Source: Nageia nagi
Lineage: Eukaryota > Plantae > Pinophyta
Direction of reading: 5' to 3'
Assembly: GCA_050084985.1 (NCBI GenBank)
Contig: JBITNC010000001.1
Location: 138,632,001 to 138,696,000, forward strand
Length of the DNA: 64,000 bases
Below are positions 38,501-51,699 of this stretch, in pieces (position 1 is the first letter of the stretch; each line of letters starts with the position of its first letter). The translations under genes were made by a program, and so were the position numbers. Below the pieces are notes generated by a model, which was not told the DNA's origin, did not search any database, and was given only the letters and a program-made list of their open reading frames with translations.

Positions 38501-40564
38501 CTCATCAAGCTATAACTGTCTCCTTGAGAGATGAAAGGATGACAACACCCATCTTGCATGATTATCTCCTTAAGGGATGAAGCGATGACAAGATCCATTT
38601 GAGTTGTCATATTTATTATTATTGATATCTTTTTACATGGTGTTATATATATTTTATTTCATCTACTTATAATCATTTCATTCTAAATGATATCATAAGT
38701 TTTACATTTATTTGGATAATTTTGTATTACTATTTAATTTGTATGAATACTTGGTTTTCATTATTATTTTCATTCTAATCTTATATTTAGCGATAAAGAA
38801 TTTAAACAATTGATTGGTTAAAAATATTTGTAGTACATTTTAATTTTATTAAGTTTTAAAATTCAATGTAGAATTTCAAGGTTAAATAACTAACTATTGC
38901 AACAAAGTGCAATGGGTATAGTGTAGAAAAATATTTGGTTTTTATTTTAGAAATAAGTAGAGATTTCCATAAAATTTGAATTGTATAATTTTTAATTAAT
39001 TTGTAATTAATCTAGTTATGTACATAATGAAAAATGTATGTAAATGTAAAGCGAGTAGATAAGTATATAGTTTGTTTTCTATAGATTATATGTAATTATT
39101 GTGTGAGAAATAATATTATTTTTCAAATGTAAATGTTGGAAATAAATAAAGCATTCCATAAAGTTTGAAATTTGTATTTTTGAATACAATTAAACTTAAA
39201 ATAATGAGTATTTATCAAATGTGAACATTGAAAATAACTATAGTGTTTGAGAATGTTTGAAATATATATTTTTGAGTACAATTAAACTCTAGTAATGGAT
39301 ATATTGAAGAAAATGTTGTTTGTAATAAATCTAGTTATGTACATAATGAAAAATATAACTAAATGGAAATGAAGTAGATAATGAGAAAATAGTTTGTTCC
39401 AATATATGTTAGTTTGAGATTGATGTAATACATTTACTTTTGAAGAAATGAAAATGAGCATGTAATAGATTGAGAAATGAAGATAATTAAAATGTTGAAT
39501 TACATTGTAATGAAGATAACTAAAATGTTGAATTACGTTGTAAGTAATCTAGTTTTGTACATAATGTAAAATGTAACTAAATGTAAAGCAGGTACATAAT
39601 AGAAATAATCTGAACCAATATACAAATCACTTCTTTGTTGTTAATCTTCAAACTCTGTGTATGTTATGGATATTTTTCCTATTACTCCATCCTTCCATAG
39701 GGTTGTAATTGGTTTTTCATAACAATATTTTGCTTGACTAGGTTCATGTCAATTCACATATGCAATTCTACAAAATTAATCCATGAACAAGTTTACAGGA
39801 ATTTTCTTTAGTTTACCATATTTTTAGATACCTAAAATGAGATACTAGAATGTTAGGTTTTGCATTTGTAAAATATATTTAAATAATTCAAAGAAATTGT
39901 TATGTTTGAAAATATGTAGGAAGGAAAAAATTATATATTTTAGAAAATGTTAATGGAATTCAAAAATAATTTTACGATTTCCATAAAGAAAGAAAGACAT
40001 ATTTTATTTATATATATTTGCCTATAGAATATTTAGCATAGGGAACCTGGAGAGATTTTATATGTTATTGATGTTGCCATGTGGGATGATTGGAAAGTGA
40101 CAACAAATGTTGTTCTCCTTTTTCTAACATACATGTATACCCAATTGCATTCTTTTCAATTTTTCAAAAGGAAAGATGGTTGTATGTAAATACAATTTAA
40201 TGCACATACTGTAGATATAGTTATGAAAGCTAGTCCTTAATGTTTAGTGTTACCAATATCAATAGTTTCCCTTTCAAGTAGAAGTCCTTATGATTTATGT
40301 ATTGTTAGTTCCCATGCCATTTTTACTAGTATTTATCATTTTTTACCATAGTTTAAGGGTATATGAATTTGAATTATTAATGTTTTGAGTTATATTTAAG
40401 TTCACTAACCACTTCCTAGATTTGTTGTAATTCTTGATGTGAAATTATACTAGAAGAGGAGGTTCAGGAGATTCAAGTATCTCATTTCTACTCTTCATCT
40501 CTAATATGAATTGGTCCTTTTATGTGATTATTTTTTAAGCAATGCAAGCATTTTTTGAGAGCCA
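35508..40564. repeat. Recent tandem duplication of ~2528 bp (35508-38035; 38036-40564) covering the B upstream region
   Basis: Near-identical units, ORF-track pair 35757/38285 offset by 2528. Junction ...gagagcca|tcaggattact at 38035/38036. Confidence 0.93.
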
Positions 40565-43500
40565 ACAATAATCATTTCTAATTATGAGAGACATTGATAA
40601 GCTTGAGCTTATTCATATTCATTAATAGTATTTCTTTGCTCTTCTAATTGAGAAAACTGTTATTCTTTTGTAGTGATGCTATCATTTTTCTTTGAGACTA
40701 GAATATATATATCTGAGTGTCACTTCTTGAATAGGTCTAAGTTTGAATTGAAATATGTTGATCTTCCATTGGGTATTTGAGTTTTTTGTATACAAATATT
40801 TAATAAAGTGATATTTCTACTTTTTGAAGATCATATGGGTTTAGGCATCATTTGCATGCAAGATTAGGTTGCATGTAGATGAATAAGGGTACATGTAGAT
40901 GAATCATGGTATATGTAGATGAATGAAGCATATCACTACTAGAAAACCCTAGATATACATCATTTTTTATATCCAAACATAGTGATTTTTTTAATATTTT
41001 TTACTCAAAACTTATGAAAATTTGGATGTAGCTGACATAATAGAATTTGCATTAGTTTTTGCATCTTTCTTTAGTCATTTTTCACATCCATTTTTTATAT
41101 CTTCAAGGTTTGTTTTTGCATCCAAATTTATTATTTCATGTCATCTTTTATTTCCTTTTTAACATCATTTGGGATCATTTTTGTGTCAGTTCTTATCTTA
41201 TTTTGTATTGTTTGGTGTCTTAAGTTATATCAATATTTGCATCTAGTTGCATTTAAATTTACTTCTATATGGGTAATTTTTTATGTTGATTTTTTTTTGT
41301 TAAAATTTAAAAAATAATTATTTTTAAATAATTCATATAATTTTATTTAATTTCATTAATTCAATAATTAAAATATATTATAATTATATATACAAATATA
41401 TAGACCAAAAAATATGCTAAAATTTGCAAAAAAATATATAAATCAAAATGCTAACATATACATCAAAACATTATAATAACCATATCATAATATATACATC
41501 AAAATATGCCAAAAGGATATACATATATATGTCTAAATAAGCCAAAATGATATATGTATATATATTTGTAAAAATGATTTACATATACATCTATATCATT
41601 ACAACCACATCATACAATATGTAAAAATGATACAATTATGTTGATTTAAGAGAGTTCAAGAGTCATATGCAACTTGAAGTTGGATTTGATTCAATTGTTG
41701 AAGTTTTTAAGTGCAACATCTTCCCTCTCTAACTTAACAAACAACCACCTCTTGGACTTCTATCTTCTCAATTTAACATTCTTGCTTTAGCTTGGTTTTT
41801 ATATTGCTAAGAGGACATGATACAAATATAGATGACATCCTATTATGGTTGATGGAAAATGAAGCCACTAGTGCTAAACATACCCTAGCATGGTTGATTA
41901 CCATCAAATCTTCTTCACCTTATCTTGCTTTTACTTTTTGTTGGAGGCTTACTCTATCAACCATTCACTTGAGTGTAGACATGCATTTCTCAAGTCTATA
42001 TTAAATGCCCTTATTCTTTATGCTTGAGATATTCTCAAGTGAGATTCTTAATCTTCCAAGGGCAATGATTTGAATGGCTACCTGCATAGATAGTTGTTGC
42101 TTCCTAATTTCATCTATGCTATCACTCAACACATTGTAGATTTCTAGTAGATGCAACATTTCCTCTAAATGTAGGTCCACCAATTTGCATTTCTTACTTA
42201 TATTATCAATGTCAAACCCTAAATCTATGGATCTATGATAAGCATTGATCACCACCTTCAAAGCTTCTCTAATACAATCTCGTAAGTAATATGATCAAGA
42301 AGGTTATTCCTATAATCTTTCCAAATCAGCTATGACTTGAGAGATGATTTTGTGCCTCTCAAGTGTGGAGGGTATACTCCATGATCACTTATGCCTATAA
42401 CCATTTGTCCATGGAGAGAAGGAGTGCAAGGATAAGGGTACTCTAGGAGATGATAGAAGATATCCAGAGGTGCTCATGGTGGTTAGGATTACTTATGCTA
42501 TTACATTTAAATATGTATTTATATAGCTTATATTTTTACAATAGGGGATACAAATAAAAGGAATCCAACTAATACCAAAGGCATCTAATCTTAATAAAAT
42601 CAAGTTTGGATGACTTATATCCTTGCCCTTTGGAATTTCCATGTGATGAATGCATGAAACCATCCATGTTAGAGGCTATCTCCTTGTTGGCTCCTTGCAG
42701 ATGATTTTACTTTCACCTTACCCTTTCAAATATGCCTACCACAATGTGTCCAACTATTTTCCTCCATCTAAAATCCATATTTCATTACAAAACCCTCTTT
42801 GTATATAGTTATCTTCAACCACTTTGGTGGATCTGTGACATGCTATAAATTAATCTCTATTATGTATTTTACTCTACTACCACAACAAATAGGATATATT
42901 TTCCTTTTCATGAAAATATTCCCATCTTTCATGATGAATATCAAGGCTCTCATCAAGCTATAACTATCTCCTTGAGAAATTAAAGGATGATAACATCCAT
43001 CATGCATGATTATCTCCTTAAGGGATGAAGCGATGAAAAGATCCATTTGCATTGTCATATTTATTAGTATTGATATCTTTTTACATGGTGTTATATATAT
43101 TTTATTTCATCTACTTATAATCATTTCATTCTAAATGATATCATATGTTTTACATTTATTTGGATAATTTTGTATTACTATTTAATTTGTATGAATACTT
43201 GGTTTTCATTATTATTTTCATTTTAATCTTACATTTAGCCATAAAGAATCTAAACAATTGATTGGTTAAAAACTATTTGTAGTAAATTTTAATTTCATAT
43301 AAGTTTTAATATTGAATGTATAATTTCAAGGTTAAATAACTAGCTATTGCAACAAAGTGTACTGGGTATGCCATAGAAAAATATTTGGTTTTTACTTTAG
43401 AAATAAGTAGAGAATTCCATAAAATTTGAATTGTATAATTTTTAATTGATTTGTAATTAATATAGTTATGTACATAGTGAAAAATGTTATTGAATAAGAC

Positions 43501-46152
43501 ATTTTATTTATAAATATTTGCATATAGAATATTTAGCATAGTGAATCTGGAGAGATTTTATAGGTTATTGATGTTGCCATGTGGAATGATTGGAAAGTGA
43601 TAACAAATGTTGCTCTTCTTTTTATAACAACATACATGTATACCAAATTTCATTCTTTCCAATATTTCATAAGGGAAATATGGTTGTATGTATATACAAA
43701 TTAATGCATATACTATAGATATAGTTGTGAAAGCTAGTCATTGACATGTAGTGTCACCAATATCAATAGTTTCCCTTTCAAGTGTAAATCCATGTGATTT
43801 ATTTATTATTAGTTCCCATGCCATTTTTACTAGTATTTATCATTTTTGACCCCAGCTTAAGGGTATATGAATTTGAATTATTAATATTTTGAGTCCAATC
43901 TATTGGACCCTTCTTCAAAATTACTACATAAAGAAAATAAAGTGTAACCTTATTCTTAAAGTAGAGGTAAGTAAAACCCAATTTTATAAGATCAAGATGA
44001 ACCCTCTATTATTATAAAATACTAAAAATATAAATATTGTTAAATTCTACATAAAAATATCTTTCCAATGATGTAAATAACATGAAACACTGAGTTAAAA
44101 TGCAATAGTTATGGCTAGTTTAGTATCATATTATTTTTCATTCTATGTTTGTAAATTAGGTCAATAATAGGTAACAATGCCCTACTAATCTCAACACCTT
44201 GATCTCTATTAATATGATTAGGGTTAAGTTTAATTTCAATAGCTTCTCTAATTCTTCATTCTTGGAATTTATCACATCTAGCCAAGAGTTCAATCTTATT
44301 CATGAGTTAATGGTGTTTAGTCTTATCATCATGTTCAGCAAGGGCATATTTGATTATTATATTATATTATAAATTAGTAGAATGTTCTTTAACTCTTTTA
44401 TGTATTGACCTACCTATTTCACTAATGTAACAAGTTTCACACTCAGACATAATCTTATATACACTTGTATGTTGTAAGGGGTCTATGTGGTCCTTCACAG
44501 GTATGAACATGTTCTCTAATTTATTGAGAGGAAGAGAAATTATCTCTAATTTATTAAGAGGAAGAAAAATTATCTTAATGTGTGCTTTTATTAATATTTT
44601 AGCTAAATTATAACTTAACCCCTTCGTATAGGGAAGGTAGGATACCCCTATGTATGAATTACTATTATTATAGTGTAGTCTCTCATTTTTTTTCCTCTTT
44701 CTATCCTATTCCATGTATGTTTAATCCATTTAGTAGAATAACCATTACTCATTAGTGCTTTATTTAGATGCATTTTCTCCTTATGTATATGGTAATTATC
44801 TAACTTTTGCTACCTCAAGGGAGTTTTTTTAGAAGGACGTAAGGGTTAATCCTAATTTGGACACACACGATGCTTTGGGTGGTATTTCATCAGGTCAATT
44901 TTGTATGCTTTAGATTATGAGATACCTTGAAGTGTGATTGCTCATCCTGCACCTATTTTTAATGATAATGGGGTCATTCTATCCTATGGACCTACTTTAT
45001 TATGGGAAGATAAGAGGGTGGAAACCCTTTACTATTTATTTCACTCTCATTTGTCTATAGATTTAAGTATCCATAGGTACAAAGGAAATCTGTGTATTCA
45101 TGATTTTGTCATTCCTTATGAAGAGACCTATGCATGATTTTTCTTGTGATCAAATTATATGTTGTTGGAATTGTACACTCATTGCGATTTAAATCCCAAG
45201 CAATACATAATTATAGTATTTTTTCCTTAGGATATTTTAATGGTTCATGAATTCTTTAGGCTAGTTAAGAGTGTAAAGTTCTAAATAGAAACTACAGTAA
45301 TAATCAATAAATTCAAACTATTAAACCTTGATGTTAGGCCTAGGGCATCAATTTCAAGTATACAAACCCTTAATATTGCAATGTTAAGGTTAGGACATCC
45401 ACTTTAATTTATTACAATGTAAATATACCAACATCTAAGCTATGGATTTAGTATCAAGGATTAATAATACCCAGATGGCAACATCTAACCAATACAAGAA
45501 TACATAAATAAATAACACTCTACAAATACCAACATTTAGTGAATATAAATATATATAAGCAATGGTAATCCAATGATACACAAAACAAGTATACACAATT
45601 AAAAGTATGATATATAATTCCCCAACAGATGTATGGATGATGTAAAATGATAAAAATATAATAACAAGACTAATAGGGCTAATGTCGACCTCCAAGGAGC
45701 TAACTAGGGCATAATTGAATGTCTCTCACTATTGGAATGATATCAAAACCATCAGACAGTACACTCCCTTTGAATTTGAATCCTATTGATCAGAGGACCC
45801 CTCCTTAAACCTTGTCTAACCATTGAAGGTAGTTCAACTATACCTCACAATACCTCTAGATGGACAAGGGTGTTGCACCATTACTATCAAAGAATAGGAT
45901 CCCTCATCCTAAAAGCCTTGCTAGATATTGCACCTAGTGGATGTGCTTAGAGATGTTAAGTCTTCTTATCCTTTATATGATATGAAGTATAATAATAATT
46001 AGGTATATCTAGTAATGATGCACTAATATTTTTTATACACTTTCTCTATACATATCTCACCTAGGAGTCGACACCTTGCTCATTTAATCCAATGTTGGCC
46101 TTATGGGGGTCTAAAATATACAACATGGATGCCTAGGGGTTATGCATGCCAA
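40388..46152 (+). repeat. Third, more diverged partial unit (equivalent to ~5349-6588, 8538-10388, 11320-13936)
   Basis: Collinear with block 1 apart from two internal deletions (junctions ~41638 and ~43490). Confidence 0.88.
41638..42477 (-). pseudogene. DUF241/DUF793 (BPS1/ROH1-like) gene copy B3, 3'-truncated
   Basis: ATG at 42477. LVDLHLEEMLHLLEIYNVLSDSI in ORF 42001-42261. Stops at 41965, 41760 and 41646 are shared with B1/B2, plus private ones. The last ~38 codons are deleted. Confidence 0.82.
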
Positions 46153-46335
46153 CATGGTGTGCTTAGGTGTATTAAGTACCAACATAAAGGTCTAGGAGTG
46201 TCACACATGCCCACATGGGTCAAGGTATCATGCATGGGGTCCTAATTTCAAGTTGGACCAACATAGGGTATGGGATACTCTCCAAGGTTTTCACATGCAT
46301 GTTTTTTTTTATCTTGTCATATAAGTGTAATAATA
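45272..46335 (-). mobile_element. LTR remnant of the gypsy element at the paralogous insertion site
   Basis: Starts ...ttaagag|TGTAAAG as at 13057. Matches 13057-13936, then ~17640-17790. No gag/protease follows. Confidence 0.65.
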
Positions 46336-46379
46336 TAATAGTTGAGTTAAGAGATAGAAAAGTTACAATACCTTGCATA

Positions 46380-49300
46380 TACTAGATTACCATTTCTAAA
46401 TGATAACAGGAGGTTCAAAGAAGGGTTTTGATATCATGGGAACTTCTTAATCATCCTCTACAATTGAAATAGATTAACTCGATGCTGACTTTCTAACCAT
46501 GTAGGAAGAATATGTTAGGAATGCCCTAGGAATAAACTAGATTGAGATGGGGGTGACCAATCATATGGACACATGGAAAGTCAACCCCATTCGCATTCTT
46601 CTATGACATAAGACACTCAAAGTGACCAGAAAGGGGAAGTCACTTGCTCATTCAAAAAGGGATGTCATGATTAACCAAGGCCAAGTCTATTATGTGCCCC
46701 ATGAGTTGTTTACTTGCCTTGATCTATTATATTCTTTAGCACATAGACATCGCCAAAAGGGTTACCAAATAGGAATGTTCAAGAACCCAAAAGAGGGAGA
46801 TGCATCAGAACCAAAGTTTGAAGTAGTACTACATTACTCTCTTGATTCCATCATCCAAATGTTTACCATTCCAATAGACTATAATTTTTATGTTAAGAAA
46901 CAAATTGATTTAAAAAAGGAAAATAATGACTTTTATGTCAATCAAGATGAAATTGTGAGCTAGATTAGTGGAAGATACCAAGACAACAGGAAGGCCAAAC
47001 TCTTACCAAGCTATCAAATAGCCCTATTTGAAAGAAAAAGGATAGAGAAGTGTTGTAGGTATTGGTAGTTATTCTAGGAAAGAAACCTTAGATTGAAGTA
47101 GATGAAGCCATGGTATGTATGGCTTATAATATTACAAAGGCTCATGTTTGCTATGACTTATTAGCTTTCATTACTAATGAAATAAAGAGATGCCTATTCA
47201 AAATTGAAATGTTAGACTTTAAACACTCTTCATATCTTTGGTGGCTCTTTGCCCATCAAAATCTTGACAAACTTATATACATGGGGTTACCAATTTAGCT
47301 GATGAGTTCCAATGCTACACCAGTACTAATCAACCTAATGGTATCAATTTTGAGTGAGTTGCATGGATGCTAATACACATTTATGGAAAAATTCTATGCA
47401 ATAGTAGTACAAATTTTGATTAAAAAACTCCCCAATAGACTATGTAAAAGCATAATGAGGGAGCTACATTGAGGAAACAAAATTGGTGACTAGTACTTCT
47501 AAAAACACTGCATCATAATAATAAGGTATGGGTATTTTGAGAGACCTTTTTTGTTACCAAAGTATGTAACCCCCTAGCTATGTTCAATAGAAATGGAAAG
47601 GTAAATTTATGCTATTGAGAGAAAATATGGATCTAGGAGTAATTTTAAGTCTATTATAGATATACTAGCTTTTACTAAAAATTTTACTCTTTTAGAAATA
47701 GGATGTAAAGATAGTATAGCTGAATTCATTGTAGAAAATTTTAAATTAGAAATGGTGGAAGCTCCATGGATGTATGACCCTTCAAAAGAAATGACCCAAG
47801 TAATAACGTTAATCAAAAAATTTCTAGCTTTTGTCCATGATATTAGGTCTCATATGGAATATTTTGTAAATAAAATTGAATAGGAAGCAAAACTTTACCC
47901 TGATTAAAAGTTCACACCCCTGTATAATGCTTGGATGGCCCTTGAAGGAATAAGGAAGTATATAAATTGGAAAAATAAGCAATAATATTTTGTTCTCAAC
48001 CCAAAATTCCTCACCCAATTATCAAATCTTAGGTGGGGTCTAATAAAATTCATTATTTTACAAAATTTAGATTTGAGTATACAATAAAAATTCACCATAT
48101 AGAGAGTGGATCATTTGAAAAATTCAAATATGACAAGTACTGGGAGTCTAAGTATCTCTAATATCCCTTATTAGAGTTGGGACAACCCCATCCTTCTAAT
48201 TTTTAAGGAAAATTTGCTATAGGAGCAAGGCTAGTATAGGTAGGATAACCATCCAGTATGGTTGAGCTTCCAAAGAAGGGAGAGTAAGATCCTCTAGATA
48301 GTACCACCTCTTCTCGAGAGCCATCTCAAAAGAAAAAAAGGAAAATACAAACTCTTGCTCAAAAATAATAAATCTTGAAGAAATAAGAGAAGCCTATAAA
48401 AAAATATCACACCACTACGATAAGGTCACAATCACAAATAACTATACCTTCACCTTTAGAGGCTATAGGAGAAATTCTAGAGGTGGTGGCAAAAGAGGTA
48501 GAAATTTTTGATACAAAAGAGTTAAGAGATCCCCAACATACAGATACTAGTGCTACATAAGGAGCCCAAATATAAGAATAAACCTTGGAAAAGGAGCAAA
48601 CCCAAATTCAATAAGGTAAGGGAAGTGTACTTAGAGCTAGTAGATTTGTAATAGCTACACCTAGAGGAGGACCAAGAGATGATGATGATGAATTTGGAAA
48701 AAAGAAAGACTCTAGCCTAATTGATAAAGATAAGGATGGAGATAAGATTAGGGGAGAGGTAGAGCAAGAAATACAAGTTCAAGACCTAACACCTCCTTGA
48801 TAGTTATAGCCTATGTGACAAGTTGAGACATCTACTTTAGGTGGAATTACTACTCCCCATTCTTTAATTCCTACAACCTCATAAAAGGAAATAAAATCAT
48901 TTTTTTCTACACAAATTGTAGAGCCCATTGATTGAGCAACTTTTGCCAATAAATCTCCTATGCTCCTTGAGCAACAGTTGAGAATTTTGAGCAAGGTAAT
49001 AGAAATAGGAGATATTAAAATAGCACAAATTCCTTTCAAAGAAGGGCAACTAGATATTACTCTCATAGCTATAACATATGTAAATATCTAGAGTGCACTA
49101 ACAATTGGTTAGTCAAGAATTTTGGTAAATACATTAATGGAAACTAGCAAAAGTCTTCATGTAATGGAGAATAAAATAGAAAAATTGAACAAGAAAATAG
49201 ATCAGTATAGGAAAGATTGCTCTCTCAAAAATAAAATAGTAGCTAGGTTATAGAATAAAAACAAGGACTTGATTACAAAGCTTGAGAAGTAGAAGTTAGA

Positions 49301-50270
49301 GTTTGATAAAAGCATAACAATCAAAGTTGAGCTAGATGCTACAAATCAAATAATACAAGATTTTGAAGCTCAGGTTGTAGTCATTGATACTCAAAAGGTC
49401 AAGTACATTGAGGTTGAGCTACAAATTATCATTGCAATAAATAAAATTTTATCTATAATGCAAAGTTGTTATTGCTCATAAAGAATTTCAAACAATTCTT
49501 GGTGGAGTAAGTTAAATACAAAATAATAACATTATCACACTTACATATATTGAAGGAAGAAATAATACAAGCAATCAAGGAGTTCCACATTCAAACCACA
49601 CTTCATAAGTTGTCTTTGGATTCACCCAGGATAGTTTTAGAAAAATTATAGGCTTATTTAATTATCTTGACTAAAAAGGACATAGCAACAATCTCTCCCA
49701 AACCAAGATAGTTGTATCAAAATAGGATTTGAGATATTTATGAACTCTAAAATTTGGTGGTCTACCTAAATATTAATAAGCATTAGCTCACAATAGAGCT
49801 GGGATTCATTAACAAATTCTTTAATTCTTTGATTAAGAGGAGGGCTCCCAAATTGTGGGAAGAACAAGATGTACAAAGTAGTGCAACTAGTTGGGTATCC
49901 AATACCACTTGGTTTCTTGAACAATACTTTTTTGAGAAGCAAATCTCAAACTTATAGTAAATAAATGAGTTTTATTCGAGTGAAATTACAAAAGTTTTAC
50001 ATGTTGGAAGCCTAAACAATGTTCTAATAAGGTTTAAAGTAGATACAATAAACATTAAGACATTCCTTATCTTATAATAGATTGAATATAAATATATTAG
50101 TGATCTAAATAAAAATATGCAAATATTCCTCTCGATATAGTTGGTAGCAATAACTGAGACCTCTACCAAGTCTACTTTTGGACAAGCTACTAGAAGCAGG
50201 AAGTAGAGGGTTCTATTCTCTAGTAGGAAGAGACCCCAAAGAGACACCAAAAGATTATATTCTTTCAAAA
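46380..50270 (+). other. Long decayed coding-like tract, probably a retrotransposon accessory ORF
   Basis: Purine-rich plus strand with co-oriented ORF fragments (46622-46963, 47110-47298), a Glu/Lys-rich coiled-coil-like part at ~49130-49450, and tandem repeats downstream. No diagnostic motif recognised. Confidence 0.4.
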
Positions 50271-50459
50271 TTACACTCTGAATTGGGGTAATTCAAAATT
50301 ATTTTTTATTTTTTTATTCTTTACTGCCTAAGAGTTATGTAATTAAGTGCCTAAGAATGATGTTATTTTCTTAGAGTCTACGTGAGTTGTAAATTCTTGT
50401 ATTCTTTCATTCTGATCAATTCCTCTTCTTTCTATTTCTTTATCTTAGAGGATCAAGAA

Positions 50460-50670
50460 ATGTAAATAAGAATACCTAGGAGTTATGTTATTTTTTTAAA
50501 GTACCCAAAAGTTATGTAAATAAGAATACTTGAGAGTTATGTTATTTTCTTAGAGTACCTGGGGGTTATGTAAATAAGAATACCTGGGAGTTATGTTATT
50601 TTCTTAGAGTACCCAAGAGTTATGTAAATAAGAATGCTTGAGAGTTATGTAAATAACAATGTCTAAGAGT
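50460..50670. repeat. 54-bp tandem repeat built from 30+24 bp subunits (core GAGTTATGT)
   Basis: Units start at 50480, 50534 and 50588. Degenerate copies from ~50325. Confidence 0.85.
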
Positions 50671-51699
50671 TACATTTATTCTCTTATAGTGTTCAATAAT
50701 TATTGACACGTGTCTAAGAGTTGTATAAATTCAGATCTAAGACATCAAATAGAGCCCTTTGATTCTAAATGATGATGTCATAGTTTTTGATTAAAATCAA
50801 TGGGTCATAAAATAGGTAATGGCAGGTGAAGATTTCTAAAGACATCAAATAATGCCCTCTAATTTTGAAATATGATCTCATAATTTTTGTCTAAATCAGC
50901 TAGTCCTAGAAGATGTAGATCATCAACAAGCCTAGATGAAAAAAATAGAAACTACTAGGCAAAGGTAAGAGTAAAGAAACATCTAGGTCCACTTTGTCTT
51001 AATTGTTTGACCCCTGATGCCCTATTAATGTGTTGATATCAACTAATTTCCATATAATAGTGTTAGTTTCTTATCAAATCAAGTTGACATAATGTTACCA
51101 ACCACCATTACTCTGATTATTCACATCTATAGTAGAGATCATAAAGATTATAGAGAAGTAGATAGTAGCTAATAGAGTATAGTACCAAATCATATCCATC
51201 AATTTACAAATAAATAATTATTTAGATAGCTACAATGCTATCTTTAATTAGCTATAGGGATGAAGAAGAAGTAATCAATGACATGTCAAAAGGATTATGG
51301 CTCTATGGACATGGCTATTCAAAAATTACAAATTCCTAGATAGTCATGTTGTTAGTACTTATTTACTATATAATCTAACATAGTTGTATAATTTATGTAA
51401 ATAGTGCTATTTTAGTTATTTCATTCAATGCTAGTAATTATGTGTATTAATGAAACCCAACCACCCAAGAAGGGGGAATGTTGTATAAATAGCTAACTTT
51501 TAGAGATCAAAAAGGTTGAACATTTAGCAAATTTGCCAAAATCTATATGATCTATTCACATATGATAATATAAATAGACAATGTGATCTATGAAAGTATC
51601 CTCATCTTTCTTTTCATCTATTTGATTTACTCTCTATCTCTCACTAAATGATTTCCATAATGCAAATTGCTATTTAATAAAGAAAGCTTTTTAGCATAT

